A DNA stretch of 64,000 bases. It comes from Malacoraja senta (taxonomy: Eukaryota). Below are positions 60,316-64,000 of this stretch, one piece after another. The position numbers and the translations under genes are program-made. The notes under the pieces were generated by a model. That model was not told the DNA's origin. It did not search any database and worked only from the letters and a program-made list of their open reading frames with translations. The DNA lies in the NCBI GenBank assembly GCA_038087875.1, contig CM075990.1:992001-1056000 (forward strand). Reading direction: 5' to 3'. Each line of letters opens with the position of its first letter. Position 1 is the stretch's first letter.

Positions 60316-62037
60316 GTCTCTTACGCTTTAGTTTTAGAAATGGGGAAATCTTTCCTACTACCTACATATCTATAACCCTGATCATTTGGTATACCTCTAT
60401 CAAGTGCCTTAGCTGCCTCTACTCCAAGGAAAACAAACACAGACTATCCAGCCACTCTTCATAACTGAAATATCCAATTCTAGGCAACATCCTAGTGAAG
60501 AACACTACATTCTAGAGTAACTCAGCAGATCAGGCAGCAACCCTGGAGAACATGGATAGGTGACGTTTTGGGTCGAGACCCTTCTTCAGACTGCTCGCCT
60601 CCTGCCTGGTCTCTCTTCTGCTTAACCTAGACTCATCTGTTTCAACTTCCTAGTGAATCTCCACTACACCCTTAGCTGTGCAATCACATCCAAGTATGGT
60701 GACCAGACCTGTATGCAGCATCTAGCTGTTGCCTAACCAATGTTTGTTAAAGTTGTAACATAATCTCCCTAATTTTACCTTTGTTAGGTTGGGCACAGAA
60801 TATAATAATCCCATGTGCTTTCTTGCACATGCTGCCACCTTCGGGATCTTTGACGTACACTGAGGTGCCTCTGTACTTCAGTATTCCCCAAGTTCCCACT
60901 CTGATACGTAGTCCTCCCAAAGTGCATCATCAGAATAGTACTAATCAGAATAATACCCCACTCGTTACTGGTCTGTCCATGTTACCAACTGATCAATATC
61001 GTGCTGTAGCTTATTCTCACTATTAAGAGCATTACTGTTCAAATCCAAATTGTTAGTATGTACAACAAACAGTGAGAGTACCTGCACAGATCCCTGTGGT
61101 ACACCACTAGTCACAGGCTTCCAATCACAAAATCAGCCATCCACCATTGTCCATTGCCTCCTATTACCATGCCAATTTTGGATCCTATTTGCCCTGGGTT
61201 CCTTGGGTTTAATCTTTTTGGGACCTTCTCAAAAAGGCCTTACTGAAGTTGCTGCTTTGAAAAATTCTATCAAGTTGTTCAGACACAATCAATCTCCTTA
61301 ATAAAACCATGCTGAAGACACAAGGGACTGCAGATGCTGGTTTGCAACAAAAAAAAGACACAGTGCTAGAGTTACTCTCGGCAGCATCTCTGGAGAACAT
61401 GGATAGGTGACGTTTCAAGTCAGAATCCTTCTAACACTTCTTCAAAACCATGCTGAATAACTGATGAGATTATGGTGCAGAAAAAGCAAAGATGTTTAAA
61501 GCAGAAAAATAAGGTGAGCCATTGATCAAAACCTGATGAAGGATACAGACAGAGTAGACCTCTGAATCTAACATAGTGGAGTGTTTTGTAAGTTGTGGTG
61601 ATGCCAGAAGGACCAGATATGCAATGGCACACTGCATTATTTTGCAAGCACTGGTATGTACTCGCAGTCTGAAGAAGGATCTCAACCCGAAACATCACCA
61701 ATTTATTTTCTCCAGAGTTGCTGCCTCACCTGCTGAGTTACTCCAGCATTTTGTGTCTATCTGCTGGTATGCACTGCCTGATAGGCTAGTAAAAGCATAT
61801 AGTAGCAGCTTTCACCACCCACCATCAAAGAGATCTACAGAAGGCGCTGTCTCAACTAATATCAAAGACCTACATCACTTTGGCCATTGGAAGAAGATAC
61901 AGGAGCTTGAGAACCTCCAGGTTCAGAAATTGTTTCTTCCCATTAAATGAAGATAGACACAAAAAGCTGGAGTAACTCAGAGGGGCAGGCAGAATCTCTG
62001 GAGAAAAGGAATGACTTGGCCTAGACTCAGGTCCAGT

Positions 62038-62065
62038 CTGAAGAAGGGTCTTGACCCGAAACGTC
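62038..62065 (+). ncRNA. Hammerhead-like core within a palindromic Penelope-derived element (about 61948-62156)
   Basis: CTGAAGAAGGGTCTTGACCCGAAACGTC; stem I is weak. Confidence 0.5.
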
Positions 62066-62159
62066 ACCCATTCCTTCTCTCCAGAGATGCTGCCTGTCCC
62101 GCTGAGTTACTCCAGCTTTTTATGTCTATCTTCGGTTTAAACCAGCATCTGCAGATTCT

Positions 62160-62782
62160 TCAAATCAAATCAAATCAAATCAACCTTTATTGTCATCTCG
62201 CAAGCAACAGTTATACACTGCAAAATGAAAAGACGTTTCCCAGGGAATACCGGAGCATCGCACATGAAATTTAAAACATTTCACACATAATAACACTAAA
62301 GACAATTCAGTCCCTGATGGAACAGTATAAATAGTTAAAAAGTAGGTAAAAACAACGTTAAAATACAGTAAAACCAATCATAAACATGTCCGCGGTGGCT
62401 GATTTGAGTGGCCAGTGCCAGTTATTAAAGTGTCCGTGCCAAGCCACAGAATCAGGTGACTGAGTACAGAGTGGCTGTTTAGCAGCCTCACAGCATATGG
62501 CAGGAAGCTGTTTCGCAGTCTTGTAGTCCGGGCTTTGATGCTGCGATATCTCTTGCCTGATGGCAGGAGATCCAGGTGTATGTGGAGGGGGTGCAGTTTG
62601 TCCTTAGCAATTCTCTGAGCTTTTTTCCAACAGCGGCTCTGGAACAGTTCTTGTACCGAGGGTAGGGAGACGCCAATGATCTTCTCTGCTCCCCTCACTA
62701 CCCTCTGCAGAGCCTTCCTGTCCGAGCAGTTGCAGGTGGAGTACCACGTATTTATGCAGTACGTGAGTACAGACTCCACCGT
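62160..62782 (-). mobile_element. Rex1-type LINE 3' fragment
   Basis: VESVLTYCINTWY...LLPSGKRYRSIKARTTRLRNSFLPYAVRLLN; (TTTGA)n tail. Confidence 0.8.
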
Positions 62783-64000
62783 ACCCCATTAACTGTCAGG
62801 TTCTTAAGCCGCCTTGCACATCAGTACTGAACCACTGTGGACTTTGGTTTATGTGATGTCATGGTCTAACTTACTTCAAATAATTGATAATTTATTGTTT
62901 TATTTTTGCCTCTTAAGGTGCCTGTAAATCTCCAGCTAGTAGGAATTTCATTGTTCCGGTTTGTATCCGGTGCATGTGACAAATAAGCATTCTTGGTACT
63001 TGATTAATGGTAAAATCAGTTGATATAACTGCTAAAACTGAATGCAAGTGATTACCTTGCTAAATTAAATGGTGATTCAGGTACACTGATTTTAAGTATG
63101 TGGGAATGAAGATATCTAAAGAATCCTGGCAGTGGGCATGATTGCCACTGGAAATGTGTAGTTTAAAAAAATCTGAAATAATTAGTCCCAATTGTTTCAC
63201 TTGATAAATTCATCTGCCAAGAAAAAAAGTTGGATGATCAAGCTTTCTTGCTGATGCTCCACCCATTGCTACTAATTAGTTGTTCATACTAGAAACATAC
63301 TCATTCTTTTGAGTATTAGATTAGTTTAGAGATGCAGCACACCAAAGAGGACCAGTGATCGCTGTACACTAGCACTATCCTACATACTAGGGACTATTTA
63401 CAATCTTTACTGAAGCCAATTAACCTACTAACTTGCACTTCTTGGGAGTGTGGGAGGAAACCAGAGCATTCGGGGGAAGTCCACACGGTCACGGGGAGAA
63501 CATACAAACTACAGACCACCTGTAGTCGGGATCAAACCCGAGTCTTTGGCGCTGTAAGGCAGCAACTCTACCGCTCCGCCACCGTGCCATAATCTTGATT
63601 ATTATGATGAATCTGTTCTTAGGTGTTTCTTGGCAAAAACCTCTTTTATTGGGATCATTTCCTCCTTTGGTAAAGAACTGTACTGTGATTTGGAATGAGA
63701 TGTTTGAATAGAATTGTGTCTCAGAATACCTCATAATTAAATTACTCTGCAGTTGGTAAATCTTCTATATGTATAGTGTACTATATAATAACACGGAACT
63801 GCAGATGTTGGTTTATACCAAATATAGACATAAAATGCTGGAGTAACTCTGGGTCCGGCAGCATCACTAGAAAACATGGATAGGCAACGTTTCTGAAGTA
63901 GGGTTCCGACCAGAAACGTCGCCTATCCATGTTTTCCAGGGATGCTGCTTGACCAGCTGAGTTGCTCCAGCATTTTGTCCCTTTTGCTACTATGCCAGGC

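Noticed and set aside
51859..64000. TM9SF3 exon 3
   Set aside because: No segment encoding the expected YC...YWYQMYIDDLPIW peptide was seen; it presumably lies beyond the window.

Overview
Repeat-dense vertebrate DNA. The tRNA-derived HE1/V-SINE-like, CR1 and Penelope repeat spectrum points to a cartilaginous fish, probably a skate or ray (inference). Two host genes are visible on the + strand. The first is a four-exon intestinal fatty-acid-binding-protein (FABP2-like) gene at 7341-16609. It is missed by the ORF track because it carries three 1-bp homopolymer contractions that look like consensus errors. The second is the 5' end of TM9SF3: GC-box/CpG promoter, exon 1 at 34979-35062 and exon 2 at 51663-51858. 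Mobile DNA includes: a nearly intact Passport-like DD34E Tc1 element; a young L1 insertion flanked by an extraordinary 563-bp direct duplication that copies the Tc1 right end; Penelope-like elements and over 20 short derivatives carrying hammerhead-ribozyme cores; a double-headed non-autonomous Helitron; several hAT- and Harbinger-type MITEs, including a 28-bp TIR-only element with intact TSD just upstream of the TM9SF3 promoter; a solo LTR; and Rex1, Tx1 and CR1 fragments. Bases 1-1970 duplicate 13320-15270 next to a 200-N gap and are probably an assembly overlap. All calls were made by eye, so repeat boundaries are approximate.
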